Shown here piece by piece: positions 28,555-39,925 of a DNA stretch of 64,000 nucleotides. Numbering within the stretch: the stretch's first letter is position 1; every line of letters begins with the position of its first letter. Both the position numbers and the translations under genes were made by a program. The notes under the pieces were generated by a model. It saw only the letters and a program-made list of their open reading frames with translations. It did not search any database and was not told the DNA's origin. Location: positions 16,412 through 80,411 of the IMG/VR virus record IMGVR_UViG_3300033070_001518. One strand, 5' to 3'. The DNA is from a virus. Its lineage: Duplodnaviria > Caudoviricetes.

Positions 28555-29849
28555 ATTATTGTTTTTATTTTTTCATAAATATCTTTATTCAAAGTCCAGA
28601 TTCCTAGGCCACATGATCCATTTTTGATCAATTTAAATCCTTCTAATTGTGAAAAAAATCTATTCACACCTTCAAATATTTCGACATCGTGAAATAATAC
28701 TACTCCTGAGTCATTTACAAATTTTGACCAATTATAAAAATCCTGACTAACTGATTCATAGGAATGGAATCCATCAATATGTAGTATATCGATTTTTTTA
28801 GCCCATATAGTAGATATATCTGTGAAATCACCCTTTATGATATTTACATTGATTTTATATTTGTTTTTTAGTTTAGTATATAGATCCAAAACATATTGCT
28901 TAGTATCTCTTAATCCAGCATGTGGATCACCTTGGAACCAATCTATACCATATACCTCTCCAATTTTTGGATAAGCAAAGCTAAACATTGAGAATCCCCA
29001 ATCAACTCCCAATTCGACTATTATTTTTGGGCTTATGACCTTAGTGAGATCTATTGCAAAATCAAAGTGACCATTCCACGCAGATTCTTTTTCGGATATG
29101 TCTTTTTTATATTCTTCTTTTTGTAGATCTTTGGTATTTTGATTAAAATTGTCATAGTTTTTATTCATAGGAAATATATTTTTCCAGTAGTAATTATATC
29201 GTAAATCACATCCCTCATTTGAAATATTTTCAATATTAATGGATTTATCAATTGTTGCTTTATGTCCAGGATATGATTCAGTTGAGAATCTATCTATATT
29301 ATGTACATCCCAATTATTTATATTAAATAAACCTGAGCTAAACCAAAAAAATGTTCCACTGAAATGCCAATCGGAATATACCCATGGTGGACATGGATGA
29401 TCTACTCTAAATATTCCTGCAAATATTACCTCACTTCCTAGATTTTTTTCAAGTATTTGAATACTTTCATCTCGTAGATTAAAATAATACATACTTGATG
29501 TCCATTTTTCTACATTTGGATTTTTATAAGTAGATCCTTTACTGTGATGATAAAAAGTTATACTCTTTGGTGTCATTTCTGACTTTAAACTTTTTAATTG
29601 ATCTATGAAATATTCGGACTCTCTATTGGTTGGGTGATTTTTTACAAATTTATATATGGGATGGCCAATATTATTTTCAATTTTCAATTTTAATGATTCA
29701 TCTAAATCAATATCTGTTGAGATATAAATTATCTTAACTCCATCGAAAATATGATAATATTCTTTAATATATTTTAGATTTACTCCAAGTGAATCTTCTA
29801 CATTGTTTGGGTCGGAAAGATAGAGATAAGAAACCACATTTTTAACCAC
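28551..29849 (-). CDS. Fusion: GT-like domain + class I SAM methyltransferase
   Basis: YHHSKG...WHFSGTFFW N-domain; VELGVDWG, GIDWF, ILHIDG.HSY, LFHD C-domain. Confidence 0.7.
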   Translation of the reverse strand: MVKNVVSYLYLSDPNNVEDSLGVNLKYIKEYYHIFDGVKIIYISTDIDLDESLKLKIENNIGHPIYKFVKNHPTNRESEYFIDQLKSLKSEMTPKSITFYHHSKGSTYKNPNVEKWTSSMYYFNLRDESIQILEKNLGSEVIFAGIFRVDHPCPPWVYSDWHFSGTFFWFSSGLFNINNWDVHNIDRFSTESYPGHKATIDKSINIENISNEGCDLRYNYYWKNIFPMNKNYDNFNQNTKDLQKEEYKKDISEKESAWNGHFDFAIDLTKVISPKIIVELGVDWGFSMFSFAYPKIGEVYGIDWFQGDPHAGLRDTKQYVLDLYTKLKNKYKINVNIIKGDFTDISTIWAKKIDILHIDGFHSYESVSQDFYNWSKFVNDSGVVLFHDVEIFEGVNRFFSQLEGFKLIKNGSCGLGIWTLNKDIYEKIKTII

Positions 29850-30945
29850 AGAAATTTAGATTATTTTTTATCCTAGATATATAGAAATCCGGCATTTTGT
29901 TTTCGGATAAGAGTCTTAGGCATATTTCTCTAGACTCTTCGCCGTGCCCGCTGTAAAAGGAACAAACAGAGAATTCATCTAAGATTCCATAGTCATAAAT
30001 CCATTTTTCGATAAACAATCCATCCATATGCGGATTTAATTTATTCAGAGCTATTTTACCAACCATATACCCTTGTTGATTCCATCCATGTAACCTACAT
30101 ATTTGCATTATCCAATATAATGGCTCAACCCTATGTGGTGAATGCTCAAATGATTTATAGAAATCTTGTAAAACTTCCTCTTTTGGTGTAGAGGATTCGT
30201 TTTTTATTTTAGCTATGTTATATAGGCTAACAAATTCTTCTTCTCTCCAGAATCCTTGAGATGATCTAATTTTATAATTTTTTATTGCCAAATCTATTTC
30301 ACCACAATCTCGATAGCTTTGAGCTAGATAAAAAGTATATCTAGACCTCATGTACTCATTTAATTCTGGATCTAGTAAGGCATTTTCTAATAGAGATGCA
30401 TCCTTTCTATACTTTTCTGGTCCACTTTTGTTTCTTTCCGAGTCTTGAAGTGGGTGGTTTTTAAATCCAGTGGCTAATCCAGAGGTTCCTTCCATGGCTA
30501 AAAATTCATGAACAACTCCCTCATACCTCAGGTCTTTTTTATTGGAAGTTATTTGTGGTCTTGGATATATTATTCCACCTAATATTGTGGAAACATTATA
30601 AATGTCATGTACTAAATTTGATTTGAATTCTATTGGATCGAATCCATCATCGAAGATTAGAATTTCATCAGCATCGATCATTAAAGCATAATCGATGTGA
30701 TCTACTTTTCTTAGTTTAGATAATGCTATTGTTCTATTATGAGAAAAATCAACCCATTCATTTTGAATTACTTCACCGGGAATGTTATTATTACTTATCC
30801 AATTTCTAACTATATCTTGCGTTCCGTCAGTTGATCCTGTATCAGATACTAAAACGTAATCAATTAGTATTTTGACTGAGTTTAGACATCTAAGTATTAC
30901 GTGTGATTCATTTTTAACAATTAGACATAATCCGATTCTCTTCAT
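29842..30945 (-). CDS. GT2 + TPR glycosyltransferase (protein-glycosylating type)
   Basis: [39 protein letters not shown] plus helical repeats. Confidence 0.9.
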   Translation of the reverse strand: MKRIGLCLIVKNESHVILRCLNSVKILIDYVLVSDTGSTDGTQDIVRNWISNNNIPGEVIQNEWVDFSHNRTIALSKLRKVDHIDYALMIDADEILIFDDGFDPIEFKSNLVHDIYNVSTILGGIIYPRPQITSNKKDLRYEGVVHEFLAMEGTSGLATGFKNHPLQDSERNKSGPEKYRKDASLLENALLDPELNEYMRSRYTFYLAQSYRDCGEIDLAIKNYKIRSSQGFWREEEFVSLYNIAKIKNESSTPKEEVLQDFYKSFEHSPHRVEPLYWIMQICRLHGWNQQGYMVGKIALNKLNPHMDGLFIEKWIYDYGILDEFSVCSFYSGHGEESREICLRLLSENKMPDFYISRIKNNLNFCG

Positions 30946-31985
30946 TTAAAATTGTCCTGATTCCTGAGATTTATTAGCAAATCTCTTTGATCTTTGGATA
31001 TATTTTTTGGTATCCTAATGGATATTCGTATATACATATCTCCCAAATGCCAATTATGTATAGGGACTCCCTTGCCCGATATTTTAATTGACTTACCATG
31101 TGTGGTTCCTGGGCTAATCGTGAAGGACACATCTCCATGTGGTGTTTTTATTTTAAAATCTCTACCTAATATTGCATCAATCACTGATATTTCTTGTTCA
31201 TATATTAGATTATTATCTTCTCGTTTGAAATTTGGATCGGGAATTTCCTCAACAAATATTTGAAGATCTCCAAAATCACCACCTTTTATCCAACTTCCAT
31301 AGGATGGCATAGACATATGAGTACCCTCAACAGCTCCCTTTGGTATCTGAATTTCTATTACTTCTTGCTTTGGTGATGTTCCCATACCATGACATGACTT
31401 ACATGGTTCCCTAGACACTTTCCCCTCTCCACTACACATTGTACAGACAACAGTTTGTCTTACTGTCCCAAATGGGGTTTGTTGTACCATGGATCGATGT
31501 CCAGATCCATTACAAGGACCGCAAGTACTCATGTCTTTTCCGCCCCTCCCATCACATGTTTTACACTTATCTTGGCGTGTGAATTTTATCTTCTTATTTG
31601 TTCCAGAGATTATCTCATTGATTGTTAAATCAACTTTTACCCTCAAATCTGGACCCTTTCTGCTTCTAGATCTTCCAGAAAATCCACCACCGAAAATATC
31701 CCCAAATTGAGAGAATATGTCCTCCATATTGAATCCATGTCCCCTCCCACCACCAAAAGGATTGTTACCGCTGGATGATCCAAATCGATCGTATTGTTGT
31801 TTCTTTTCGGGGTCTGATAGGATTTCAAATGCCTCTGCACATTCTTTGAATTTATCTTCGGATTGTTTATCGTCTGGATTTTTATCCGGGTGATATTTCA
31901 TTGCGAGTTTTCTGTATGATTTTTTAATTTCATCTAATGAAGCTGATCTATCAACTTCCAATATTTTATAATAGTCTTTATTCAT
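30942..31985 (-). CDS. dnaJ: DnaJ chaperone
   Basis: J domain with HPD, G/F-rich region, four CxxCxGxG repeats, C-terminal domain. Confidence 0.97.
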   Translation of the reverse strand: MNKDYYKILEVDRSASLDEIKKSYRKLAMKYHPDKNPDDKQSEDKFKECAEAFEILSDPEKKQQYDRFGSSSGNNPFGGGRGHGFNMEDIFSQFGDIFGGGFSGRSRSRKGPDLRVKVDLTINEIISGTNKKIKFTRQDKCKTCDGRGGKDMSTCGPCNGSGHRSMVQQTPFGTVRQTVVCTMCSGEGKVSREPCKSCHGMGTSPKQEVIEIQIPKGAVEGTHMSMPSYGSWIKGGDFGDLQIFVEEIPDPNFKREDNNLIYEQEISVIDAILGRDFKIKTPHGDVSFTISPGTTHGKSIKISGKGVPIHNWHLGDMYIRISIRIPKNISKDQRDLLINLRNQDNFK

Positions 31986-32541
31986 GTATACCTAATCCGT
32001 TTTTAATTTTTAATTCTCTCAATTTTGATTTAATATTAGTGAATTCTTTAACTTCAGAAACCTTCAATGAGATAAAATCATCACATATTATTGAAAGTAA
32101 TGTTGGGTATTTATCAACATTTTCAAAATTGTCAAGAATAGAGATATTAGATTTTAATTTTTTTTTCAAGAAAATTAAACATTCCTCTATGTCAAAGGTC
32201 AATTTAAATGCTTCTAGTCTTTCATCCTTGAAGATAGTTGGTGGCTTGATGAAATATTGATAATAAACTCTACGTATATATGGCAGAACAAAGGATAAAG
32301 TATTTTCTGAATATTTATGTCCTTTTTCTTTTGGTAGATCCATTAAAAAAAATTCTTCATTAAATATTTCAGAATATTTCATAGCAGATTTACAAATTGT
32401 GGTAAATTTATCACCATCTGATTTATCCATTCCATTTGATAGTAAATTGTAGTAGATATCACTATCGTAATCCATTAGAGATGTCTTTTTTGGTCTATCA
32501 CTTGAATATATCAATTCTAGAACTTCTCTACGATCCTTCAT
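31978..32541 (-). CDS. Hypothetical protein (weak shared C-terminal motif)
   Basis: Ends [15 protein letters not shown]; coupled between grpE and dnaJ. Confidence 0.65.
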   Translation of the reverse strand: MKDRREVLELIYSSDRPKKTSLMDYDSDIYYNLLSNGMDKSDGDKFTTICKSAMKYSEIFNEEFFLMDLPKEKGHKYSENTLSFVLPYIRRVYYQYFIKPPTIFKDERLEAFKLTFDIEECLIFLKKKLKSNISILDNFENVDKYPTLLSIICDDFISLKVSEVKEFTNIKSKLRELKIKNGLGIHE

Positions 32542-32999
32542 CTAGATAATATAATTTTTGGATATCTTATAATTTTATCTCCGATTTTATACCCCTTTGA
32601 AACAACATCTATTACTTTTTCACCGTCACCGGTTTCTAAAATATTAATGACTTCGTGTAGATCTTTATTATAGATTGATGTTTCTATTTCCTTAATTCCT
32701 TGGGACTCTAGAAAGGATTTTATTTTATTTACTATTAGATTCACACCCTGTGGAATTTCTTTAAATGATTTTAATGCAATGTTAAGATCATTATCCATGT
32801 CTAGGATCGGATCTATCATTTTACTTTTAGTATTTAAGATAGCATCTTCTTTCTCTTTGAACATTCTTTTTTTAAGATTTTCCATGTCTGCATACAATCT
32901 AATGTACATATCTTTCCAATCCGTTACTACCTCATGATTTGATGCAGGATTTGTCATTTCTTCCTCAATAATTTCTTGATTTTCTTTTGCTTTTTTCAT
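32538..32999 (-). CDS. grpE: GrpE nucleotide-exchange factor
   Basis: RLYADMENLKKR, LDMDNDL, LHEVI, V.KGYKIGDKIIRYPKII. Confidence 0.92.
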   Translation of the reverse strand: MKKAKENQEIIEEEMTNPASNHEVVTDWKDMYIRLYADMENLKKRMFKEKEDAILNTKSKMIDPILDMDNDLNIALKSFKEIPQGVNLIVNKIKSFLESQGIKEIETSIYNKDLHEVINILETGDGEKVIDVVSKGYKIGDKIIRYPKIILSR

Positions 33000-33484
33000 T
33001 AATAGTTAAATGATAGTAATTTTTTTATAGAATTTGAACTCAAAAAATCATATGTTCCGAACTGATCAGTAACTTGTGTTATTTCCAATTCTTCAATATC
33101 TGATTTGATTTCTGTCATATACTTTTCTAAGTCTTTAAGACCTTTTTTATAGGATGGATCAGCGTTCCAATATTCAGGGAATTTATCTAAAAACTTATCT
33201 ATAGCAATTGATAAAGTTTTTTTCCTTATTAGTACTTGATTTTGATTATTAATTGATTTGTTGGTCAATAGATCAACGATGTACGTATTAAATTTGTGTA
33301 TTAGATTGTCCGTTTCTATGACTTTTAAAATACCAATTATCAAAGCATCCCTTTCTGTTATTTCAAATTCTTGATTTTCCTTTAGAATTTTTTCACCTTC
33401 TTTGTCAGATCCTAGAATATAATAAACATAATTATCCCAAGAACACCTCTTCACTATATCTTCCGGAGTGAGCAATATCTTCAT
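32999..33484 (-). CDS. Hypothetical protein
   Basis: 161-aa ORF coupled to grpE. Confidence 0.65.
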   Translation of the reverse strand: MKILLTPEDIVKRCSWDNYVYYILGSDKEGEKILKENQEFEITERDALIIGILKVIETDNLIHKFNTYIVDLLTNKSINNQNQVLIRKKTLSIAIDKFLDKFPEYWNADPSYKKGLKDLEKYMTEIKSDIEELEITQVTDQFGTYDFLSSNSIKKLLSFNY

Positions 33485-33544
33485 ATTAAACGTAAGTTTA
33501 TTAAATATATGAAAATATCACACCTAAGTTTAATATATAATCCG

Positions 33545-34771
33545 ATGATTACTTATAATGAATTTATATTGGAAAGGGTAATAAATGAATCTATTTTTAA
33601 TTATTCGGATAATTTTCAGAAAGTTTTATTAAGAATTAATTCACCAATTTCCAAAAAGTTAATAAGTATCAAAGGTGAAGATATAAACGCATCTCAAAAT
33701 TATATTGATTTGATTTTGAGTGAGGATGATATGGTGACTTTTATATCCGATGCTAAATCAAACGAAATAATCGGAAGTGAAAAGCCACTATTTAGAGTTA
33801 TTGAGGAGGATAGATTTTTAATTAAATCTCCAAAAAATAAATTTATTTTTGATAGGTTAGGTATTGATATGGATGGTGATTATTTTCAAGAGCCTAGTGA
33901 GGGTGATATAGGTATAGTTTCAAATGAGGCTCTTGGGTCACATGGTACTTATGTTTTATTTGAGTATTTTAAATCTACTGATGAATCGAAAGTAGGAAAG
34001 AAAGTTATTTTAAATAAAGAGTGTATTGTTACTAATGCCCCCGATATTTCTAAAGTTTGGACTACAAATCGAAATAAAGTAAAAATAGGTAGATTTGTTA
34101 GGAGTATTTTAAAGGCAAATGATATTGACTTTTCTGACAAAGAAATAGAGATGTTTGTTAATTCATATAAATCTGAGATCGAGCTTATAAATAATGCCTT
34201 TATGAAATTCGATGTGATCGAAGGTGACTTGATTTCTGAATTTTATTTTTATACCAAATATTCAATTCTAGCTGGAACATTGGGTAATTCTTGTATGAAA
34301 AATAAGCCAAAAAACTATTTTGATTTATATTGTAAGAATCCGGATAAGATTAAATTAGTTGTCCTTTACAATGATAATGGTGAAATCATCAATGGTAAGT
34401 ATTCTTCTAATTTCATAACTGGCCGAGCTCTATTGTGGAAGACTGATCAGGGAGATACTATCATGGATAGAGTTTATACTATCCATGATAAAGACGTAGA
34501 ACTTTTTAAGAAATTTGCCGAAAAAAATAATTGGTGGTATAAAAAAATTCAAAATTCGGAAGTTAAATTTACCGCACAAAGAGGCGAAGAAATAAAAACT
34601 GATGAAGAATATACGATAGGTCTTTCGAATGTTAATTTTGATCGATATCCGTTTGTAGATACCTTTGCTTATCTTGATAAGGAAGGTAAAATGATTTCAA
34701 ATAGATCAAGACATCCTTTTATTTGGTCTATGGGAAATACAGATGGTACTTTACAACAACAGAGGAACTAA
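33545..34771 (+). CDS. Uncharacterised protein with near-perfect T4 capsid-targeting leader
   Basis: Start reassigned to ATG 33545 (TATATA-N5-ATG); MITYNEFILE; C-domain GNSCM...GRALLW...MDRVY...PFVDTF. Confidence 0.65.
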   Translation: MITYNEFILERVINESIFNYSDNFQKVLLRINSPISKKLISIKGEDINASQNYIDLILSEDDMVTFISDAKSNEIIGSEKPLFRVIEEDRFLIKSPKNKFIFDRLGIDMDGDYFQEPSEGDIGIVSNEALGSHGTYVLFEYFKSTDESKVGKKVILNKECIVTNAPDISKVWTTNRNKVKIGRFVRSILKANDIDFSDKEIEMFVNSYKSEIELINNAFMKFDVIEGDLISEFYFYTKYSILAGTLGNSCMKNKPKNYFDLYCKNPDKIKLVVLYNDNGEIINGKYSSNFITGRALLWKTDQGDTIMDRVYTIHDKDVELFKKFAEKNNWWYKKIQNSEVKFTAQRGEEIKTDEEYTIGLSNVNFDRYPFVDTFAYLDKEGKMISNRSRHPFIWSMGNTDGTLQQQRN

Positions 34772-34800
34772 AAAAGGGGGATGAAAATCCCCCTTTTTTA
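34769..34800. terminator. Bidirectional intrinsic terminator
   Basis: Perfect palindrome TAAAAAAGGGGGAT-GAAA-ATCCCCCTTTTTTA between convergent genes, with a U-tract on both strands. Confidence 0.9.
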
Positions 34801-34806
34801 CCCCCT

Positions 34807-36666
34807 TTACTTTACCTCTTCATAATTAACATCTTGTGGTTGATCACTATTATCTGTAGGTGTAGATTGTTGATATAGATTGGTGCTTATTCTAGCCCAG
34901 GTATCATTCAATTTAGTCATAGATACTTCCAACTCATCCATATTTTGTGATGAGTGTGCTGATTTTAGACTATCGACTGATGATTTTAGATCAGATTTAT
35001 CTTGATCAGATAGTTTATCATCAAATTCTTTAATTTGTTTTTCTGTTTGGAAAATTAAAGCATCTGCTTGATTCAATTTATCAATTTTCTCTCTCTCTAT
35101 TTTATCAGATTCTGCGTTATCTTCGGCTTCTTTTTTCATTCTTTCAATTTCCTCTTTTGATAATTGTGATCCTCCTTCAATACGAATTTTATTCTCCTTT
35201 CCAGTTGATTTATCCTTCGCGTGAACTGATAGAACCCCATTTACGTCGATATCCAACGAAACTTCGATCTGTGGAATTCCCCTAGGGGCTGGCATTATAC
35301 CATCTAGATGAAACCTTCCTAAGCTTCTATTATCTCTAGCCATTGGCCTTTCTCCTTGCAGGACATGGATTTCAACAGATGGTTGACTGTCCGATGCTGT
35401 TGAGAATGTTTCTGATTTTTTTGTTGGTATTGTTGTATTTGCATCTATTAGTTTTGTGAAAACTCCACCCATAGTTTCAATTCCAAGACTTAGGGGAGTA
35501 ACATCTAGTAGAAGAACATCACTTATTCCTCCGGTCAAGACAGCTCCTTGAATTGCTGCTCCTATCGCAACAACTTCATCTGGGTTAACGGATTTATTTG
35601 GTTTTTTACCAAACATTTTCTCGATAGCATCTTGTAGGGATGGGATTCTAGTGGATCCGCCGACAAGTATTAGTTCATCAATATCACTTTCGTTTAGATT
35701 TGATTTTTTTAAAGCAGTTTTTGCACAGTTTATAGCTCTGTCAACTAGTTTGTGGGTCATTTGATCAAATTTAGCCCTTGTCAATTTCTTAACAAAGTGT
35801 AATGGGACATTATCCTTTACTGTAATATATGGTAAATTTATATCACTCTCTGTTGTTGAGCTTAATTCAATTTTTGCTTTTTCAGCGGCGTCTTTTAGTC
35901 TTTGGAGAGCCATCGCATCTTTGGATAGATCCATATTGTGTTCAGATTTGAAATCTGAAATCATCCAATTGATTATCTCATTATCAAAATCATCACCTCC
36001 TAAGTGAACATCACCATCAGTAGATTTTACTTCAAAAACACCATCTCCCATCTCTAATACCGATACATCATGAGTGCCACCACCAGTATCGAAAACTAAT
36101 ATTTTTGAATCTGTATTTTTCTTATCCAATCCATATGCTAAAGCTGCTGCGGTTGGTTCATTTATAATTCTCTCAACCTTTAGTCCCGCGATTTGACCAG
36201 CTTCAATTGTGGCAGTCCTTTCAGCATCTCCAAAATATGCCGGAACTGTGATGACAGCCCTTGTAACCTCATATCCCAAATAATCCTCTGCTGTCTTTTT
36301 CATTTTTTGAAGAATCATTGCAGATATTTCTTGTGGAGTATAAATCTTTCCATCAATATCAACTCCCGGAACATTTGATCCGGTTTTAACAACCTTGTAG
36401 GGGACTAATTTTGCATCGGATGTGCAGTTAGAGTAGTCCTTTCCAATAAATCTTTTAATTGAAAATACTGTCTTTGTTGGATTTGTTACTGCTTGTCTTT
36501 TTGCTGGGTCACCAACTCTTCTATCCGAATCAGTAAATCCAACTATCGATGGTGTGGTTCTTTTACCCTCGCTATTTGTAATAACTATTGGCTCTCCCCC
36601 CTCAACGATAGCAACACAAGAATTTGTTGTTCCAAGATCTATCCCTATAATTACGTCTTTTTTCAT
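34807..36666 (-). CDS. dnaK: DnaK (Hsp70)
   Basis: [50 protein letters not shown]. Confidence 0.98.
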   Translation of the reverse strand: MKKDVIIGIDLGTTNSCVAIVEGGEPIVITNSEGKRTTPSIVGFTDSDRRVGDPAKRQAVTNPTKTVFSIKRFIGKDYSNCTSDAKLVPYKVVKTGSNVPGVDIDGKIYTPQEISAMILQKMKKTAEDYLGYEVTRAVITVPAYFGDAERTATIEAGQIAGLKVERIINEPTAAALAYGLDKKNTDSKILVFDTGGGTHDVSVLEMGDGVFEVKSTDGDVHLGGDDFDNEIINWMISDFKSEHNMDLSKDAMALQRLKDAAEKAKIELSSTTESDINLPYITVKDNVPLHFVKKLTRAKFDQMTHKLVDRAINCAKTALKKSNLNESDIDELILVGGSTRIPSLQDAIEKMFGKKPNKSVNPDEVVAIGAAIQGAVLTGGISDVLLLDVTPLSLGIETMGGVFTKLIDANTTIPTKKSETFSTASDSQPSVEIHVLQGERPMARDNRSLGRFHLDGIMPAPRGIPQIEVSLDIDVNGVLSVHAKDKSTGKENKIRIEGGSQLSKEEIERMKKEAEDNAESDKIEREKIDKLNQADALIFQTEKQIKEFDDKLSDQDKSDLKSSVDSLKSAHSSQNMDELEVSMTKLNDTWARISTNLYQQSTPTDNSDQPQDVNYEEVK

Positions 36667-36692
36667 ATTTTATTTTTATTTTTATTTAGTTT

Positions 36693-36710
36693 ATCAAAAA
36701 TCGTGCCAAA
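36693..36710 (-). promoter_or_regulatory. Sigma-54-type -24/-12 promoter candidate upstream of dnaK
   Basis: Minus strand TTTGGCACGATTTTTGAT = TGGCAC-N5-TTG(A), ending 26 nt before the ATG. Confidence 0.55.
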
Positions 36711-36787
36711 GTTAGTTTGTCATGCTGTTAATAACCCACTTCGATTTTAATATATATTCCACATTGTAAAAAGTTGTCCAAAAATCT

Positions 36788-37282
36788 ATGATTATTAAAA
36801 AATATTCTGAACACTCTGAATTTCAAAAAGATATTGATATGCTTAATAATATTCGAGATATTTTCATTGATGTTGAAGACGAGTTTAATATAGATTTGGA
36901 ATATGAATTTATTAGTCCATCATATAATTCATCTAAAGATCCAAATTGGGTTTATATGAAATCATATGATGTTGATGGTAAAATGAATTATGATCTTACT
37001 CAAAAATTTAACCCACTTCTTATAAATAAAAGATGGATGATTAGACATAACAACATATCTTCAGAAGAAAGGTCTCAAGGATTGCCGTTATCAAAGCTGA
37101 TTGTAAAATTACGATCTCTGATTGAGAGAGTCGAGCATGCTTATGACCTATCTACTCAACATGATCTCTCATATTGTACAGTAATTGATCGCGGTAATTC
37201 TCGAGTTATCTATTTTAATTCTAGTGTTTTACCGAATACTGAAACTATGCGATCATTTATGTTTCAAATAGATTTTATTTAG
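36788..37282 (+). CDS. Putative internal virion protein (CTS-like leader family)
   Basis: MIIKKYSEHSE...IRDIFIDVEDEF. Confidence 0.6.
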   Translation: MIIKKYSEHSEFQKDIDMLNNIRDIFIDVEDEFNIDLEYEFISPSYNSSKDPNWVYMKSYDVDGKMNYDLTQKFNPLLINKRWMIRHNNISSEERSQGLPLSKLIVKLRSLIERVEHAYDLSTQHDLSYCTVIDRGNSRVIYFNSSVLPNTETMRSFMFQIDFI

Positions 37283-37325
37283 TCGGTAAAAAATCCATGT
37301 ATATTCATATACCTTAAATATATTT

Positions 37326-37333
37326 TATAAATA
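37326..37333 (+). promoter_or_regulatory. T4-type late promoter consensus TATAAATA
   Basis: Exact TATAAATA 4 nt before ATG 37338, the same spacing as the TATATA elements. Confidence 0.55.
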
Positions 37334-37337
37334 TCTT

Positions 37338-38417
37338 ATGGTGTATTATGTATATGTTTATTTGAATCCTCTGAAGAGTGGAAATTTTAACTATGGTGAT
37401 ATTTCTTTTGATTATGAGCCATTTTATGTTGGAAAGGGACATGGTGATAGATTAAATCACCATCTTAAAAAGGTTAAAAATAAAAACAAAATTAACCAAT
37501 GTGAGAAATTCAGATTAATAGAAAGTATTTTATCCACAGGTGAGAGTCCAATAATAATAAAAATATTTGATAACCTCGGGGAAATGGATTCCCTTCGTCT
37601 AGAGAAAGAGATAATTCAGCGTATTGGAAGAGTTAATTTAGAATCTGGTCCATTGACCAATTTAAATGATGGTGGTCAAACACCACAACTGAATTACAAA
37701 CACTCAGAAGAAAGTAAGAGAAGGATATCAGAAGGTGGAAAGAAATCCCCCACAAGATTTATAGAATTAATATCTCCCAATGGAATTAGATATGATAAAA
37801 TAAAACTATCATCCTTTTGTAAAGAGAATAATCTAAACTATGATGTGATGAGGAAAAATGCTAATCGAGGAAAAATTAAAATACGATATAAGCAAAAGTC
37901 AAATACTGAGACTATCAATTGTGAAGGGTGGGAAGTTTTAAATTATAAGATTAATAGAAAAGAACCCTATTTGAAAATAAAATATTTATTAGTATCTCCA
38001 GATGGTAGGGAATATAAAATATCCTCAAGAGATACGTTGGAAGATATTTCCAAGTCACTATTCTTAAATTTAAGAATACTAAGGTTATATAGAAATCGTG
38101 GTAGAATAGATTTGCGTAACATTAATCAATGCAAACTTGAGTCATCAAGAAATTGTCAGGGATGGGAATTCATTGACTATAAGAGAGATAAAAATTATAA
38201 AGAATTTGAGTCGAGTCGAATAGAGTCATGGGAAGCTACCTCTCCGGTGGGGGAGGTATTCTACACATCTAATCTGGCATTGTTTTGTAGAAATCATAGT
38301 CTATCATATAGGACATTTCAAACATTCAAAAATAAAACGATAAAAATGCCAATCAGGAGCAATTTTTCTGATAAGATTATAAATTCTATAGGGTGGTCTA
38401 TTAAAAAACTGAATTAG
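37338..38417 (+). mobile_element. Free-standing GIY-YIG-type homing endonuclease
   Basis: YYVYVY...PFYVGKG...R, NL..GG, NUMOD3-like HSEESKRRIS, three SPxG repeat modules. Confidence 0.78.
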
Positions 38418-39600
38418 AATCTATCCACTTTCTAGCATTGAGAAGATCTTTAGTATCGGACAAAATCTTGGATTTAATTAAAGAAATTTTATCCTTCCCA
38501 TTTATTACACCGATAGCTATTGGGAAAAGCCTATTCTTATTGTTTTTAATAGCAAAGTCCTTTTTGGATCCAGTGTATTCTGATAGTAAGTTATCAATTT
38601 TAAGAGAAATTGATTTAATGTAATTATTAATCACATTGGTTATGTTTGATATTTCATTTCTCTTTTCATCATTCTCAGGAAGCTGGGAAACAACATCATC
38701 GATTGTTTCTTCCACTATCATTTTTATTAGGATATTTTCCCTGTTTATTTGATCAGTGAATAAAGAATGTCTTTCAATGTACCATGGTGATTTTATTTTA
38801 ACCATCTTGCCATTTTCAAATTGTACCACTACACCTTCTTTATCTACTGATTTTAAAATAACTTCCCTTATTGAATCTAAGGTATGTCCATTTTCGGACT
38901 CTACAACAGAAATTCCATCATATTGATTAGTATAATCATTTAAGTCTAGATATTCTCCAGTATTGTTATTTCTGAGACGAAGTAATATTAATTTGGTATT
39001 AGTGTATGGTAATACAATTCGATTTCGTGGTGAGACAAATTCAAAAATAGGGATTATATCACTATCAAGTGCCCATTTAACAAATCTTTGAATATTTATA
39101 TCCTCATCATATATTTTTTGAATTTCGATAGCTTGATCAGATTCAAAAGAAGCTTTAGACCTACCCTTAATTGATCCATCAGGAAGCATTATAAATGATG
39201 CGATAGATCCATCTTCTTTGTTGAATATGTTTTTTATTTTATAATCCTTAATCACGGAATACATTGAGCATGGGGTTTGATCCACGTTGAAAAATTTATC
39301 TAAAAGAAGATATCTTTTAAAAATAGATCCATCTTTATTGAATACGAATGTTAGTCCTCTCATTTCATGAGACTTAATTTCTTTTTTATCAGAAATTGGG
39401 TTATCAAAGTGAGACCACATAGCTAATCTATAATTAAAAATAGAAATATTGAATCCGTCTACAGTGTGTTTAGATTCGTAGAAAATAAAATTATCATGTG
39501 TGTCACATATCAATCTAGCCTCTTCGTATGATGGTAAGAAATATCCATGGTCACTAATCTTCTTTTCTAGAATAAATCGGGAGTAATTGAAAATTGACAT
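38401..39600 (-). CDS. RNA ligase 1 (T4 RnlA-like) with CTS-like leader
   Basis: EMRGL.F, KFFN, motif I KEDGS, FEFVSP.NRIVL.Y, KEGVV, VKIKS..Y; start reassigned to ATG 39600 (MSIFNYSRFILEKK). Confidence 0.88.
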   Translation of the reverse strand: MSIFNYSRFILEKKISDHGYFLPSYEEARLICDTHDNFIFYESKHTVDGFNISIFNYRLAMWSHFDNPISDKKEIKSHEMRGLTFVFNKDGSIFKRYLLLDKFFNVDQTPCSMYSVIKDYKIKNIFNKEDGSIASFIMLPDGSIKGRSKASFESDQAIEIQKIYDEDINIQRFVKWALDSDIIPIFEFVSPRNRIVLPYTNTKLILLRLRNNNTGEYLDLNDYTNQYDGISVVESENGHTLDSIREVILKSVDKEGVVVQFENGKMVKIKSPWYIERHSLFTDQINRENILIKMIVEETIDDVVSQLPENDEKRNEISNITNVINNYIKSISLKIDNLLSEYTGSKKDFAIKNNKNRLFPIAIGVINGKDKISLIKSKILSDTKDLLNARKWIDSNSVF

Positions 39601-39688
39601 AAAATATATATAAAGAACAAATATACTTAAATACGTCAAAAAGACCAATCAATATTTTTTAGTATTGTTTTTGATAGATATATAACGT

Positions 39689-39925
39689 ATGGGGTACAAG
39701 AAATCTTTAATTTCTATTATTAAATTTTTGGGCATTGATCTGAATGAGGTCGTTGTAGATATTCCATTGGAGGAAATAACATTCAATTCGATTGAGTGGA
39801 TCAAGCCTAATAAAATTATTCTTCATAAAATAATTGATGACTTGGATGTGGAATATGATTTTGATGATTTTGAGGAATCAACGAAAATGGAAATTTATAT
39901 TTTCTTTGTTAAAAATTATCTGTAG
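39689..39925 (+). CDS. Hypothetical protein
   Basis: 78 aa; TATATA-N4-ATG upstream. Confidence 0.55.
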   Translation: MGYKKSLISIIKFLGIDLNEVVVDIPLEEITFNSIEWIKPNKIILHKIIDDLDVEYDFDDFEESTKMEIYIFFVKNYL

